The notes under the pieces: model-generated | Databases searched by the model: none | Seen by the model: only the letters and a program-made list of their open reading frames with translations | What the model was told of the DNA's origin: nothing | Shown here: piece after piece, positions 1 to 10,281 of the stretch | Layout: each line of letters starts with the position of its first letter | Numbering within the stretch: the first letter of the stretch is position 1 | Made by a program: the position numbers and the translations under genes | Assembly: GCA_037443365.1 (NCBI GenBank) | Contig: JBBIOM010000004.1 | Coordinates: forward strand, 56,272 to 120,271 | Reading direction: 5' to 3' | DNA: 64,000 nucleotides | From: Armatimonadota bacterium | Lineage (GTDB): Bacteria > Sysuimicrobiota > Sysuimicrobiia > Sysuimicrobiales > Humicultoraceae

Positions 1-2264
1 TGGTACTCGGCACCGGTGCCGCGGGTGCGCTGGCGGCGGCCTCTGCGCCCAGCCTGCTGCGCCGGTTCTTGCCGCCTCGCCGACGCTTCTGGTACCAGAA
101 CGCCACGACCGCCATCCCGACCGTGTGCGAGATGTGCCTGTGGCGGTGCGGCGCCATCGCACACGTTGCCGACGGCCGCGTGTGGAAGATTGACGGGCAT
201 CCCGACAACCCCAAGTCCAATGGTCGGCTGTGTGCGAGGGGCTTGGGAGGCCTGGGCGAGCTCTACGATCCCGACCGGCTCAAGAAGCCCCTGATCCGCA
301 CCGGGAAGCGGGGCGAGGGGACGTTTCGAGAGGCGTCCTGGGACGAGGCGCTCGACCTGTCGGCCAAGGCGCTGCTGGAGATCAAGGAGCAGTACGGTCC
401 CGAGGCCGTCGCCTTCTTCGGGCACTATGCCGGGGACAAATGGTTCGTGGACTACCTGGCGCCAGCCTGGGGGTCTCCCAACGCCGGCAAACCCTCCGTA
501 GCCCTGTGCACCACGCCCCGAGAGGTCGCGAGCAACCTGACCTTCGGCAGGCCGATTGGTGGCCACGAGCCGGTGGACTGGGACGATGTCCGCTACCTCG
601 TGCTTTTCGGCACCCATATCGGCGAGAACGCCCACAACACCATGATGCAGCAGTTCGCCGCAGCCCGGGCCCGGGGCGCCAAGGTCGCTGTCGTGGATCC
701 TCGCTTCTCCACGGTGGCCTCTAAGGCCGACCGGTACCTGCCGATCAAGCCCGGCACCGACACCGCGCTGCTGCTTGCCTGGATGCACTGGCTCATCGCC
801 CGCGGCCACTACGACGCTGATTACATAGCGCGGTACGCCGAGGGCTTCGACAAACTTGCCGAGCACGTGAAGCCCTTCACGCCGGAGTGGGCCGCGAAGA
901 TCACCGATCTACCGGTCGAGCAGGTCGTGGAGGTCGCGAAGGACCTCTGCCGCTATCGGCCGCAGGCGGTCCTGGTGCCCGGCCGGCACGTGGTGTGGTA
1001 CGGCAACGACACCCAGCGGATGCGGGCGCTGTACCTGGTCAACATCCTGCTGGGCAACTACGGCCGGCGCGGCGGGTTCTACATCGCGGAGTCGCCGTAC
1101 ATCGAGGACTACCCGCTGCCGCCGTTTCCTATCGGATCCGAAGCGGGCGGCTGAGCAGGTCCTGCGCCCTCCGGTCCGGAGGGCCCCTCAGATCGGAAGC
1201 CGCGCGCCGACGGGCAGGGAGCGCGGTTCCTGCGGGGCGGCGTCGCCATCCAGGAACTGGTCGAGCCCATGGTCTCGGGCCAGCCGTACCCGATCAAGGG
1301 CCTGGTGAGCTACGCCGTCAACCTGTTCCACACCCTTCCGAATCCGGCACGCACACGCGAGGCCCTGGAGCGGCTCGACTTCCACCTGGCCATAGACATC
1401 CTGCCGCAGGAGCACACGCGCTGGGCCGACGTCGTGCTCCCCGAGTGCACCTATCTCGAGCGCTACGACGACCTCATCACCGTGGCCCACAAGCGGCCCT
1501 TCATCGCGCTGCGGCAGCCTGTCGTTCAGCCCATGCACGACACCAAGCCGGGCTGGTGGATCGCCCGCGAACTGGGGCTCCGCCTGGGGCTGGAGCAGTA
1601 CTTCCCCTGGAAGACGATCGAGGAGTACCTGGAGCAGCGCCTCAACTCGGTGGGCCTCACGCTGGAGGAGATGAAGCAGAAGGGCGTCAGCATCCAGAAG
1701 GGCCGGCCGTACCTGGAGGACTGGGAGGGGAGAGGGACGCCCTTCAAGATGACCGGGGGCAAGATCGTGATCTACTGCGAAGAACTCGCGAAGGCTGGGC
1801 ACGATCCGCTGCCCCGCTACGAGCCGACCCCCGAGCCCCCAGAAGGGTACTTCCGGCTCATCTATGGCCGCGCGCCCGTCCACACTTTCGCGCGCACGCA
1901 GAACAACCCGGTGCTCGCCCGGCTGATGGCCGATAACGAGGTCTGGATCAATCGCGAGGCGGCCGCCGATCTCGGCCTCGCCGACGGTGATCGCGTCATG
2001 CTGGTCAACCAGGATGGCGCCAGGAGCGGGCCGGTCAGGGTGCGGGCCACCTCGCGCATCCGCAGGGACTGCGTCTACATGGTGCACGGTTTCGGCCACA
2101 ACGCCCCTGGGATGCGCCGGGCCCACGGTCGAGGGGCCAGCGATACGGCACTGCAAACCCGTTATGCCATCGACCCGATCAGCGGTGGAGCCGGGTTGCG
2201 AGTCAACTTCGTCCGGCTGGAGCGGGGCAGCCGCACATCGCACCGCGCGGCCGGGAGGGCGTAG
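1..2264 (+). CDS. psrA: Polysulfide/thiosulfate reductase-type molybdopterin catalytic subunit (PsrA/PhsA family), 5' truncated by the window, with an in-frame TGA at 1152-1154 read as probable selenocysteine
   Basis: ORFs 69..1154 and 1269..2264 are in the same frame, with no stop between 1155 and 1268. Motifs: Fe-S CEMCLWRC...C, Mo-ligand region SVALCTTPREVA, ADVVLPECTYLER and a C-terminal molybdopterin-binding domain. The hydrophobic signal-like segment VLGTGAAGALAAA lies at the window edge. Confidence 0.9.
1151..1191 (+). promoter_or_regulatory. Bacterial SECIS-like hairpin after the in-frame UGA
   Basis: Stem GCCCTCC (1166-1172)/GGAGGGC (1178-1184) with loop GGTCC starts 11 nt after the UGA. 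CTGAG (1151-1155) can pair with CTCAG (1187-1191). Confidence 0.75.
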
Positions 2265-2267
2265 GCG

Positions 2268-2840
2268 ATGGCGCGCTTTGGGATGGCGGTGGACCTCGAT
2301 CGGTGCGTCGGTTGTCAGGCCTGCGCGGTAGCCTGCGCTGTGGAGAACGAGGTTCCCGAGGGCTTCGCGCGCCGGAGGGTAGGCGAGGTGGTCGCCGGTT
2401 GGGACCTCGACGACCTGCGTCTCCAGTTCCTGCACATGCAGTGCTACCACTGCGCCAACCCCCCCTGCATCCTGGTCTGCCCCACCGGCGCGACCTACAT
2501 CAACCGCGACGGCCTCTGCCTTGTGGACTACAACATCTGCATCGGCTGCCGGGCATGCGTCTCCGCCTGTCCCTACGGGATGCGCTACCCGCATCCGCGC
2601 GGCTTCGTGGACAAGTGCTCCATGTGTGACCACCGGATCCACAGCGACCGTCATCCGGCCTGCGTCGAAGCGTGCCCCGCAGGAGCACTGGTCTTCGGTG
2701 ACCTCGACGACCCGAACAGCGCCATCAGCCAGGCCGCCGCCGCGGCAAGCCGCGTCGAGGCAGACCGCCCAGAGACCGGCGCCCGGCCCAAGTTCCTCTT
2801 CCTCAACGCCCGGGTCAGTCCGCAGGAGGTGCGTCGGTGA
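2268..2840 (+). CDS. psrB: 4Fe-4S electron-transfer subunit (PsrB/NrfC/DmsB family)
   Basis: Four Cys clusters: CVGCQACAVAC, CYHCANPPCILVCP, CIGCRACVSACP, CSMC...CVEACP. Confidence 0.92.
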   Translation: MARFGMAVDLDRCVGCQACAVACAVENEVPEGFARRRVGEVVAGWDLDDLRLQFLHMQCYHCANPPCILVCPTGATYINRDGLCLVDYNICIGCRACVSACPYGMRYPHPRGFVDKCSMCDHRIHSDRHPACVEACPAGALVFGDLDDPNSAISQAAAAASRVEADRPETGARPKFLFLNARVSPQEVRR

Positions 2841-3763
2841 TCGAACTTCGCGACTCGGTCCTCAACACAACACTCCATCTGTGGGGCTGGGAGGTGGCGG
2901 TCTACCTGTTCCTGGGCGGCCTGGCAGCCGGGCTGCTGATCTTCGCCTCATCGGCGCACCTGGCCGGCCGTCGGCGGGAGTACTACCCAGCGGTCCGCGC
3001 GGCGACGCTGTGGACCCCGCCGATCATCCTGGTCGGCTTGGTCTCCCTCTGGCTCGACCTGGGCAGCAAGTGGAACCCGTTCTGGTTGTACCTGACCTTC
3101 CGGCCGTTGAGCCCGATGTCGTGGGGCGCCTGGATCCTGATCGCGGTGCTGCTCACCTCCTCGCTGGCCTCGGTCCCGGCGATCGCCGCACGAGGGGCAT
3201 GGCCATGGCATCGGTCGAGAACAGCCCTAGACCGCCTCGCGCGATGGGTGGGGCCGCGCGTGCGCACGCTCTCTTGGTGGAATCTTGGCATGGGCGTGGC
3301 CCTGGGGGTCTATACCGGCGTCCTCCTCGGGACCATGGTCGCGCGCCCGGCGCTCAACAGCCCGCTGCTCGGCCCGCTGTTTCTGGTCTCCGGAGCATCT
3401 ACCGCCGGGGCCCTGATCGTGATCCTCATCCCCGGCGGGCCGTGGGGTCGCCTGCTGACCCGTGCCGAGGTGGCAGTGAAACTGATCAAGTTCTCGATGC
3501 TCGGGCTGTATCTGGTTGGCCTGGCGACCTCCACCGCCTATGCACAGGCCGCCGCCGCCACGCTGGTAGCCGGTGCCTGGGCCTGGGTATTCTGGCCGGT
3601 CGTCGTGGTGGCAGGCGTGCTGGCGCCTCTGGGGATCGCGCTGGCTGAGATCGTCACACACCGTGTCAGCCGCGCCCTGGCACTGCTATCCAGTTCGATG
3701 GTCCTGGCAGGCGGGCTGGCTCTCAGGATCGTGCTGGTGTACGCCGGACAGCGCGGATTCTGA
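2837..3763 (+). CDS. psrC: NrfD/PsrC membrane anchor subunit
   Basis: WGWEVAVYLFLGGLAAG, DLG, SPMSWGAW and YTG motifs; about 8 TM helices; overlaps the psrB stop. Confidence 0.9.
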   Translation: MIELRDSVLNTTLHLWGWEVAVYLFLGGLAAGLLIFASSAHLAGRRREYYPAVRAATLWTPPIILVGLVSLWLDLGSKWNPFWLYLTFRPLSPMSWGAWILIAVLLTSSLASVPAIAARGAWPWHRSRTALDRLARWVGPRVRTLSWWNLGMGVALGVYTGVLLGTMVARPALNSPLLGPLFLVSGASTAGALIVILIPGGPWGRLLTRAEVAVKLIKFSMLGLYLVGLATSTAYAQAAAATLVAGAWAWVFWPVVVVAGVLAPLGIALAEIVTHRVSRALALLSSSMVLAGGLALRIVLVYAGQRGF

Positions 3764-3866
3764 ACCGCGAAGGGAGGGAGACAGACTACTACCCGCATCC
3801 AGTTCGTCACGTGAAGGCCGCTCGTGAACGAGCCCGACAACAACCATGCTTCAGGGAGGGAGTTTG

Positions 3867-4316
3867 ATGAAGAGAGCACACCTGGTCATTCTCGGCCTGG
3901 CCATCGCCATGGTCGTGGCAGCGCCGGCCGTCAGCAGGGAGTGGATCGAGCGGCCGTTCGTGACAGCCGCCGAGCGGATGCTGGCGACAATGCCGGCCGA
4001 CTTCTTCCAGATGGATCCGACGGCTGTCCAGCGGCTGATGGAGACCGCTCAGCCGCTGATCCTCGACGTGCGTGAGAAAGCGGAGTGGGACGCCGAGCGC
4101 ATCGCCGGCTCGGTGCACGTGCCGATCCGCGAGTTGGCCAAGTTCATTGACAGGCTGCCCGACAGCAGGGGTGCACCGATCGTGGCCGTGTGCAAGATCG
4201 GCTACCGCGGCGGGATCGCCATGACGATGCTGCGCATGTGGGGGTACACCAACGTGCGCGCGATGCGCGGCGGGCTCGACGCCTGGAAGGCCGCCGGGCT
4301 GCCCGTGACCAAGTAG
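3867..4316 (+). CDS. Secreted rhodanese-domain sulfurtransferase
   Basis: Signal peptide, LDVRE motif, active loop VCKIGYRG, C-terminal GGLDAWKAAGLPV; SD GGGAG. Confidence 0.88.
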   Translation: MKRAHLVILGLAIAMVVAAPAVSREWIERPFVTAAERMLATMPADFFQMDPTAVQRLMETAQPLILDVREKAEWDAERIAGSVHVPIRELAKFIDRLPDSRGAPIVAVCKIGYRGGIAMTMLRMWGYTNVRAMRGGLDAWKAAGLPVTK

Positions 4317-4349
4317 CACCGGGCCCGGGACATAGGATCGTCCAACACC

Positions 4350-4386
4350 GCGGTCCCGGGAGGGTTCCTCCCGGGACCGCCCCTTT
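4350..4386. terminator. Strong hairpin between convergent genes (probable terminator)
   Basis: GCGGTCCCGGGAGG-GTT-CCTCCCGGGACCGC forms a 14-bp perfect stem, followed by a short T run. Confidence 0.65.
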
Positions 4387-4401
4387 GCGCGACAATCCGT
4401 G

Positions 4402-4854
4402 CTAGATCCTGATGTCAACGATCGCCGAGACGCCCACTCCCTGCACGCGCCGCAGCGACTCCCATGGCTTGAGGTTGTCCACGGGCACCAGCGCCTTGAT
4501 GCGGAACGCCGCCTGGAAGTCCGCCTCAAGCATGGCCACGGCCTGCACGCGGTCAACCGCGGTCTTGGGCCCGGCGACCTGGGCGGCCCCCACGTACGCG
4601 CCCCCGGGCGAGGACGTGCCGATTGCGATGCTCAGGATGGGCACGACCTTCGTTTGCTCGCGCACCGCCACGCCGCGGTTCTGCAGGAGGTCGTTGATGA
4701 ACGAGTTGATCTGGGGAGCGAACGTGCGCACGGCGTACCCGATGCCCAGCGTCTTGATGATGCCGAATATGTCCTGCCCGCTGACACCGACGGCCGTCAC
4801 CCCGACAAGTGCCGCCACCGCAAGAATCACCGTCCCGGCGCGTGCCATTCGCAT
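4402..4854 (-). CDS. Hypothetical exported protein
   Basis: SD AGGAGG, N-terminal signal peptide, protein-like composition. Confidence 0.75.
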   Translation of the reverse strand: MRMARAGTVILAVAALVGVTAVGVSGQDIFGIIKTLGIGYAVRTFAPQINSFINDLLQNRGVAVREQTKVVPILSIAIGTSSPGGAYVGAAQVAGPKTAVDRVQAVAMLEADFQAAFRIKALVPVDNLKPWESLRRVQGVGVSAIVDIRI

Positions 4855-4985
4855 TGTTCGCCTCCTGACGCCCGAGGTGCGCGGGTTTGTTGTGGTTCTC
4901 TACCGGTGTTACGCAGCGCGGCCGCGGCATGTTCCCGAGGCCGTGCGGATCAACAGCAAGCACCCTGCTGTGGTAGCATGATGGG

Positions 4986-7646
4986 GTGACCCGCGATTCC
5001 TCGCTCACACCGATGATGCGCCAGTATCAGGAGCTGAAGGCCCGCCATCCGGGCGCGCTTCTCATGTTCCGGCTGGGCGACTTCTACGAACTGTTCTTTG
5101 ACGACGCGCGGGTGGCGGCGCGTGAGCTCGAGATCGTGCTGACCTCGCGCGAGGTGGGCAAGGGGCGGCGCGTGCCGATGTGCGGGGTTCCCCACCACGC
5201 GTTGACCGGCCACCTGGCGCGGCTAGTGGAACGCGGGTACAGGGTGGCCATCTGCGACCAGGTCGAGGACCCGCGCAAGGCCCGTGGGCTGGTTCGACGG
5301 GAAGTGACGCGCGTCGTGACGCCCGGCACCGTCATGGACGCCGCGCTGCTTCCGGCGCGCGAGCATCGCTATCTGGCTTCGTTGGGGGGCGGCGATGGCG
5401 CCTGGGGGCTGGCCGCGGTGGATCTCTCTACCGGCGACTTCCTGGCGACGGAGATTCGGGGCCCGGACGCGGACCGCCGCCTAGCCGACGAGTTAGCCCG
5501 GCTGGATCCGCGCGAGATCCTGGTCCCCGCCGGCGCTGTCCCGTCCGGCGGGGAAGGTGGGGCGGAGCAGATCGCCTCGGGCCGGTGGACGCAGTACGAC
5601 GCCTGGCGCTTCGATCCCGGGGTGGCGCGTCGGGCCCTGCGCGAGCACTTCGGCGTTGCCACGCTGGATGGCTTCGGCTGCGAGGGGCTGGCCCTGGCCA
5701 CGTCCGCGGCCGGCGCGCTGGTCGGGTACCTCCGGGGGACGCAGCAGGGTCCGCTTGCGCACCTGCGCGGTCTTCGCGTGTACTCCAGCGAGTCGGTCCT
5801 CGACGTGGACGAGATAACGCGCCGGAACCTCGAGCTCCTGCGCGGGCGCGGCGACGGCGGCACCCGCCACACCCTGATCGGCGCGCTGGACGAAACCGCG
5901 ACCGCCATGGGCGGGCGGCTGCTCAGGGAGTGGCTGCTGCGCCCGCTCGTTGAGCCGGAAGGCATCGCGTCCAGGCACGCCGCCGTGGGCGCCGCGCTTG
6001 GGGAGCGCGGACGCAGGGAGACCGTGCGCAAGACGCTGCGCGCGATGCCTGACATCGCGCGCCTGGTGGGCAGGATCGGCCACGGGTCGGCAGGGCCCCG
6101 CGACCTATGCGCCCTGCGCGAAGGGCTCAATCTGCTCCCGGCGCTGCGCGCGGAGGTGGAACGCCTGCCCGACGCGCGCTTTGCCCGCCTGGCAGGGGCG
6201 ATGGACCCGCACGCCGATGTCGCTGATCACATCGCCAGGGCCCTCGTGGACGATCCCCCAGCCGGGTTGCGCGACGGCGGGTTGATCCGGGAGGGGTACG
6301 ATCCGGCGCTCGATCGGCTCCGCGAGGCCGCCTCGGGCGGCAAGGCCTGGATAGCCGGCCTGGAGGCCTCCGAGCGCGAGCGCACCGGCATTCGCTCTCT
6401 GCGCGTGGGCTTTAACAAGGTCTTCGGGTACTACATCGAGGTCTCCAACGCCAACCGTCACCTGGTGCCGGAGGAGTACATTCGCAAGCAGACGCTGACC
6501 GGCGCCGAGCGCTACATCACGCCCGAGATGAAGGAGCGCGAGGCCGCCATCCTGGGAGCCGAGGAACGCATCGCCGCGCTCGAGCTCGAGCTGTTCGCCG
6601 CGCTGCGCGGGTCGGTGGCCGGCCGCGCCCACTCCCTGCTGGAGGCGGCCGCGGCGCTGGCCGAGGCCGATGTGCTGCTGGCGCTGGCCGAGGGCGCAGA
6701 GAGGTGGGGCTACGTCAGGCCGGAGATCACGGCCGAGCCGGTGCTCGATATCCGTGAGGGAAGACACCCGGTCCTGGAGCGCCTGCTGGAAGGCGAGCGG
6801 TTCGTGCCCAACAGCCTGAGCCTGGACGTGCGCGACCGAGGGCTGCTGATCGTCACGGGCCCCAACATGGCGGGCAAGAGCACGCTGCTGCGTCAAGCGG
6901 CGCTCATCACGATCATGGCGCAGATGGGCTCGTTCGTCCCGGCCGCCTGGGCGCGCATCGGTGTAACCGACCGGATCTTTACGCGGGTGGGCGCCACGGA
7001 CGAAATCGCCTCGGGCCGGAGCACCTTCCTGGTGGAGATGCAGGAAGTGTCGCGCATACTGCACGGCGCCACCGGGCGCAGCCTGATACTCCTGGACGAG
7101 GTCGGGCGCGGAACGAGCACCTACGACGGCATGAGCCTGGCCTGGGCCGTGGTCGAGTACCTTCACGACCGCATCGGCGCGCGCACGCTGTTCGCCACGC
7201 ACTTCCACGAGCTCACGGAGCTGGCGGAGATGCTGCCCCGCGTGCACAACATCGCCATGCAGGTGCAGGAGCAGGGGGAGCGGATAGTGTTCCTCCACAC
7301 GGTGGCCGAGGGGCGGGCCGACCGGTCGTACGGCATTCACGTCGCGCGACTGGCCGGAATCCCAGACGAGGTCATCGCGCAGGCGCGCCGCATCCTGGCG
7401 CAGCTCGAGGCGGCCGCGGCCCGACCCGGCGAGGCCGATGCCCCGCCCACGCCCTCGCGGGCGCGGCGGTCCAGGCAGTTGCCGCTGGCCCTCGAGCTCG
7501 CCTCCCCCCTCGAGGAGGAACTCCTGGACCTGGCCGTCGAGACCATGACCCCGCTGGAGGCGCTGCGGGTTTTGGCTGACCTGCGCGAGCGAGCGCGCGT
7601 GCGGCGCTCCGGATCCTCGGACCGCCGCGAACGGCGCCTGCAATGA
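4986..7646 (+). CDS. mutS: DNA mismatch repair protein MutS
   Basis: TPMMRQY, GDFYELF, TGPNMAGKST, DEVGRGTST, FATHFHEL. Confidence 0.97.
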   Translation: MTRDSSLTPMMRQYQELKARHPGALLMFRLGDFYELFFDDARVAARELEIVLTSREVGKGRRVPMCGVPHHALTGHLARLVERGYRVAICDQVEDPRKARGLVRREVTRVVTPGTVMDAALLPAREHRYLASLGGGDGAWGLAAVDLSTGDFLATEIRGPDADRRLADELARLDPREILVPAGAVPSGGEGGAEQIASGRWTQYDAWRFDPGVARRALREHFGVATLDGFGCEGLALATSAAGALVGYLRGTQQGPLAHLRGLRVYSSESVLDVDEITRRNLELLRGRGDGGTRHTLIGALDETATAMGGRLLREWLLRPLVEPEGIASRHAAVGAALGERGRRETVRKTLRAMPDIARLVGRIGHGSAGPRDLCALREGLNLLPALRAEVERLPDARFARLAGAMDPHADVADHIARALVDDPPAGLRDGGLIREGYDPALDRLREAASGGKAWIAGLEASERERTGIRSLRVGFNKVFGYYIEVSNANRHLVPEEYIRKQTLTGAERYITPEMKEREAAILGAEERIAALELELFAALRGSVAGRAHSLLEAAAALAEADVLLALAEGAERWGYVRPEITAEPVLDIREGRHPVLERLLEGERFVPNSLSLDVRDRGLLIVTGPNMAGKSTLLRQAALITIMAQMGSFVPAAWARIGVTDRIFTRVGATDEIASGRSTFLVEMQEVSRILHGATGRSLILLDEVGRGTSTYDGMSLAWAVVEYLHDRIGARTLFATHFHELTELAEMLPRVHNIAMQVQEQGERIVFLHTVAEGRADRSYGIHVARLAGIPDEVIAQARRILAQLEAAAARPGEADAPPTPSRARRSRQLPLALELASPLEEELLDLAVETMTPLEALRVLADLRERARVRRSGSSDRRERRLQ

Positions 7647-9334
7647 GCCGGATTCGTGTGCTGGAGAGATCGGTCGCCGAGCGGATCGCAGCGGGTGAGG
7701 TGATTGAGCGGCCGGCCTCGGTCGTCAAGGAACTGGTGGAGAACAGCCTGGATGCGCGGGCCGGCACGATCACGGTGGAGATCGAGGGCGCGGGCCTCCG
7801 TCTGATCCGCGTGACAGACGACGGTGAGGGGATCCCTTCCGACCAGGCGGGCCTTGCGTTCGAGCGATTCGCCACCAGCAAGATCACAGGCGTTGAGGAT
7901 CTGGAGCGCGTAACGAGCCACGGTTTCAGGGGCGAGGCCCTCCCCAGCATCGCGGCGGTCTCACGCGTGACGCTGACGACCCGCACGCATGACGCTCCCA
8001 GCGCGGTGCGCGTAACGATCGCCGGGGGCGAACTCCTCGCAGCCGGCGCGCAGGGCGCGCCGGTCGGCACAGCGGTCGAGGTGGTCTCGCTGTTCTACAA
8101 CACCCCGGCCCGCATGAAGTTCCTGCGCTCTCCCGCGCGCGAGGGGGCGCTTGTCGCCGAGGCACTGCAGCACGCGGGGATGGCGCACCCGGAGGTGTCG
8201 TTCCGGCTCGTGGCGGACGGCCGCGAGGCCGCGTGGTGGCCGCGCGCGGAGGCCGCCGAACGCGTGGCAGAACTGATGGCAGCCGGCAGCCTCGAGGAGT
8301 TGATCCTGGCCCGGGGCACCGTGCCCGGGGGCGCCTTCCGCGCGTGGCTGGCTCGCCCTGAGCGGGGTCGGCCCAACCGGGCCGGCCAGCACCTGTTCGT
8401 CAACCGGCGTCCTGTAAGCAGCGCCATGCTGCGGAAGGCCGTGGAAGTGGGCTACGCGCAGCTGATGCCTGTCGGCCGGTTCCCGGCCTTTGCGCTCTTC
8501 TTGGAGATGGATCCCGCGGCGTTGGACGTCAACGTTCACCCCCGCAAGATGGAGGTGAGGTTCAGGGACGAGCCTCGCCTGTTCGGCGCCGTGGCGCATG
8601 GCATCCGGGAAGCGCTGCTCGCCAGCCCGCTGATTCGAAGCGCGCCTCTGCCAGCCCCGTCAGGGCCGCCCGTTGGCGTCGAGGTCCGCGCGCTGCTGCC
8701 AGAGGCATGGGAGGCCGCGGCGCGCGAGACCGCCGCGACCTACGCTCCAGGCACATACCGGCGCCTGCCCGCGCTGCACCCGATCGGGCAGCTGCTGGGC
8801 ACCTACATACTGGCCGAGGGAGAGGCCGGCCTCTACCTGATTGACCAGCACGCCGCGCACGAACGCGTCCTCTACGAGCGCCTCATCGCAGCCCGCCGCG
8901 CCGGCACCGTCGCAAGCCAGGGTCTGGTGGTGCCGCTGACCGTGGAGCTCGCTCCAGCGCAGATGGCACTGCTGGCCGGTTACACCGAGCGTCTCGCCGA
9001 GATGGGATTCCAGGTCGAGCCGTTCGGCGCCAGGACCGCGATCCTTCGGGCGGCACCCGCAGGGCTCCCGGGCGAGGGAGGCACGCACCTCCTGCTGCGC
9101 GCGCTCTCAGGCCTCGAGGACGCCAGGGAGGGGGAGGACCCCTCGGAGAGGATAGCCATCGCCGCGGCCTGCCACAGCGCGATCCGCGCCGGCGACCGCC
9201 TGTCTCCGGTGGCGATTTCGACGTTGCTCGCCGACCTCTGCGCGGCCGAGGATCCCTACACGTGCTTCCACGGCCGCCCCACGATCATCGCGCTGCCCCG
9301 CGAGCAGATCGAAAGATGGTTCCTGCGGGGGTAG
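7643..9334 (+). CDS. mutL: DNA mismatch repair endonuclease MutL
   Basis: IAAGEVIERPASVVKELVENSLDA, GFRGEALPSI, endonuclease motif DQHAAHERVLYE. Confidence 0.97.
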   Translation: MSRIRVLERSVAERIAAGEVIERPASVVKELVENSLDARAGTITVEIEGAGLRLIRVTDDGEGIPSDQAGLAFERFATSKITGVEDLERVTSHGFRGEALPSIAAVSRVTLTTRTHDAPSAVRVTIAGGELLAAGAQGAPVGTAVEVVSLFYNTPARMKFLRSPAREGALVAEALQHAGMAHPEVSFRLVADGREAAWWPRAEAAERVAELMAAGSLEELILARGTVPGGAFRAWLARPERGRPNRAGQHLFVNRRPVSSAMLRKAVEVGYAQLMPVGRFPAFALFLEMDPAALDVNVHPRKMEVRFRDEPRLFGAVAHGIREALLASPLIRSAPLPAPSGPPVGVEVRALLPEAWEAAARETAATYAPGTYRRLPALHPIGQLLGTYILAEGEAGLYLIDQHAAHERVLYERLIAARRAGTVASQGLVVPLTVELAPAQMALLAGYTERLAEMGFQVEPFGARTAILRAAPAGLPGEGGTHLLLRALSGLEDAREGEDPSERIAIAAACHSAIRAGDRLSPVAISTLLADLCAAEDPYTCFHGRPTIIALPREQIERWFLRG

Positions 9335-10281
9335 ACGCCCTCGATCGCCTTGCCGTGCTGTGCGGCCCCACCGCGGTGGGCAAGACCGCGGTGAGCGTCG
9401 CGCTGGCCGAGCGCCTGGATGCCGAGGTGATCGCGGCCGATTCCCGCACCGTCTACCGGGGGGCCGACATCGGCACGGCCAAGCCGACCCCGGATGATCG
9501 CCGGCGTGTACGGCACCACCTGCTCGACGTCGTGGATCCGAAGGAGGCGTTCACCCTGGCCGACTACCAGCGCCTGGCTTACCAGGCGCTGGTCGAGATC
9601 CGCGGGCGAGGACGCCTGCCACTCCTGGTCGGGGGGGCAGGGCTCTACATCCGCGCGGTTGTGGACGGGTTCTCCCTCCCGCCGGTACCTCCGGACCACG
9701 CACTGCGCGCGGGGCTGGAGGCCGACGAACGAGTGCACGGTCCCGGGCACCTGCACGCGCGCCTCGCCGCCCTTGATCCGGTCGCGGCCTCCCGCCTTCA
9801 CCCGCGCAACCTGCGCCGCATCATCCGCGCGCTCGAGGTCGTGCTGCGCACCGGCCGCCCGATCTCGGAACAGCAGCGGCAGGACGGGGTTCGCCCCGGC
9901 GCCCTCTCGATGGTGGGGCTCACGATGGAGCGTGGTGTGCTCTATCGCAGGATCGACGCGCGCGTCGAGGCGCAGATGGCTTGCGGGCTGGAGGAGGAGA
10001 CCCGGCGCCTCTTGGAGCAGGGAGTACCCCTGACCTCTTCGCTCATGCGGTCGCTCGGGTACCGCGAGATGGCCGCCCGTCTCGCGGGCGCCTGCGACAC
10101 CGCACATGCCGTCCGGCTCCTGAAGCGCAACACCCGCCGCTACGCCAAGCGGCAGCTCACCTGGTTTGGGCGCGACGCAAGGATCCAGTGGGTGGATTCA
10201 ACAGGTCTTCCGCCCTGGCACTTGGCCGAGCGCGTGCATGGTATCATGATCTCAACACTTCGTGCAGGCAGGGAGGCGTGA
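9316..10281 (+). CDS. miaA: tRNA dimethylallyltransferase
   Basis: GPTAVGKT, DSRTVYRGADIGTAKP, TRRYAKRQLTWF; start approximate. Confidence 0.95.
   Translation: MVPAGVDALDRLAVLCGPTAVGKTAVSVALAERLDAEVIAADSRTVYRGADIGTAKPTPDDRRRVRHHLLDVVDPKEAFTLADYQRLAYQALVEIRGRGRLPLLVGGAGLYIRAVVDGFSLPPVPPDHALRAGLEADERVHGPGHLHARLAALDPVAASRLHPRNLRRIIRALEVVLRTGRPISEQQRQDGVRPGALSMVGLTMERGVLYRRIDARVEAQMACGLEEETRRLLEQGVPLTSSLMRSLGYREMAARLAGACDTAHAVRLLKRNTRRYAKRQLTWFGRDARIQWVDSTGLPPWHLAERVHGIMISTLRAGREA

Noticed and set aside
69-2264. psrA as two genes or a nonsense pseudogene
   Set aside because: Both halves are in one frame, the linker is coding-like, the only stop is TGA with a SECIS-like hairpin, and psrB/psrC are intact.
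3771-3862. Duplicated AGGGAGGGAG suggesting a small ORF or repeat before the rhodanese
   Set aside because: There is no start codon at a suitable distance after the first copy, and the match is too short to be significant.
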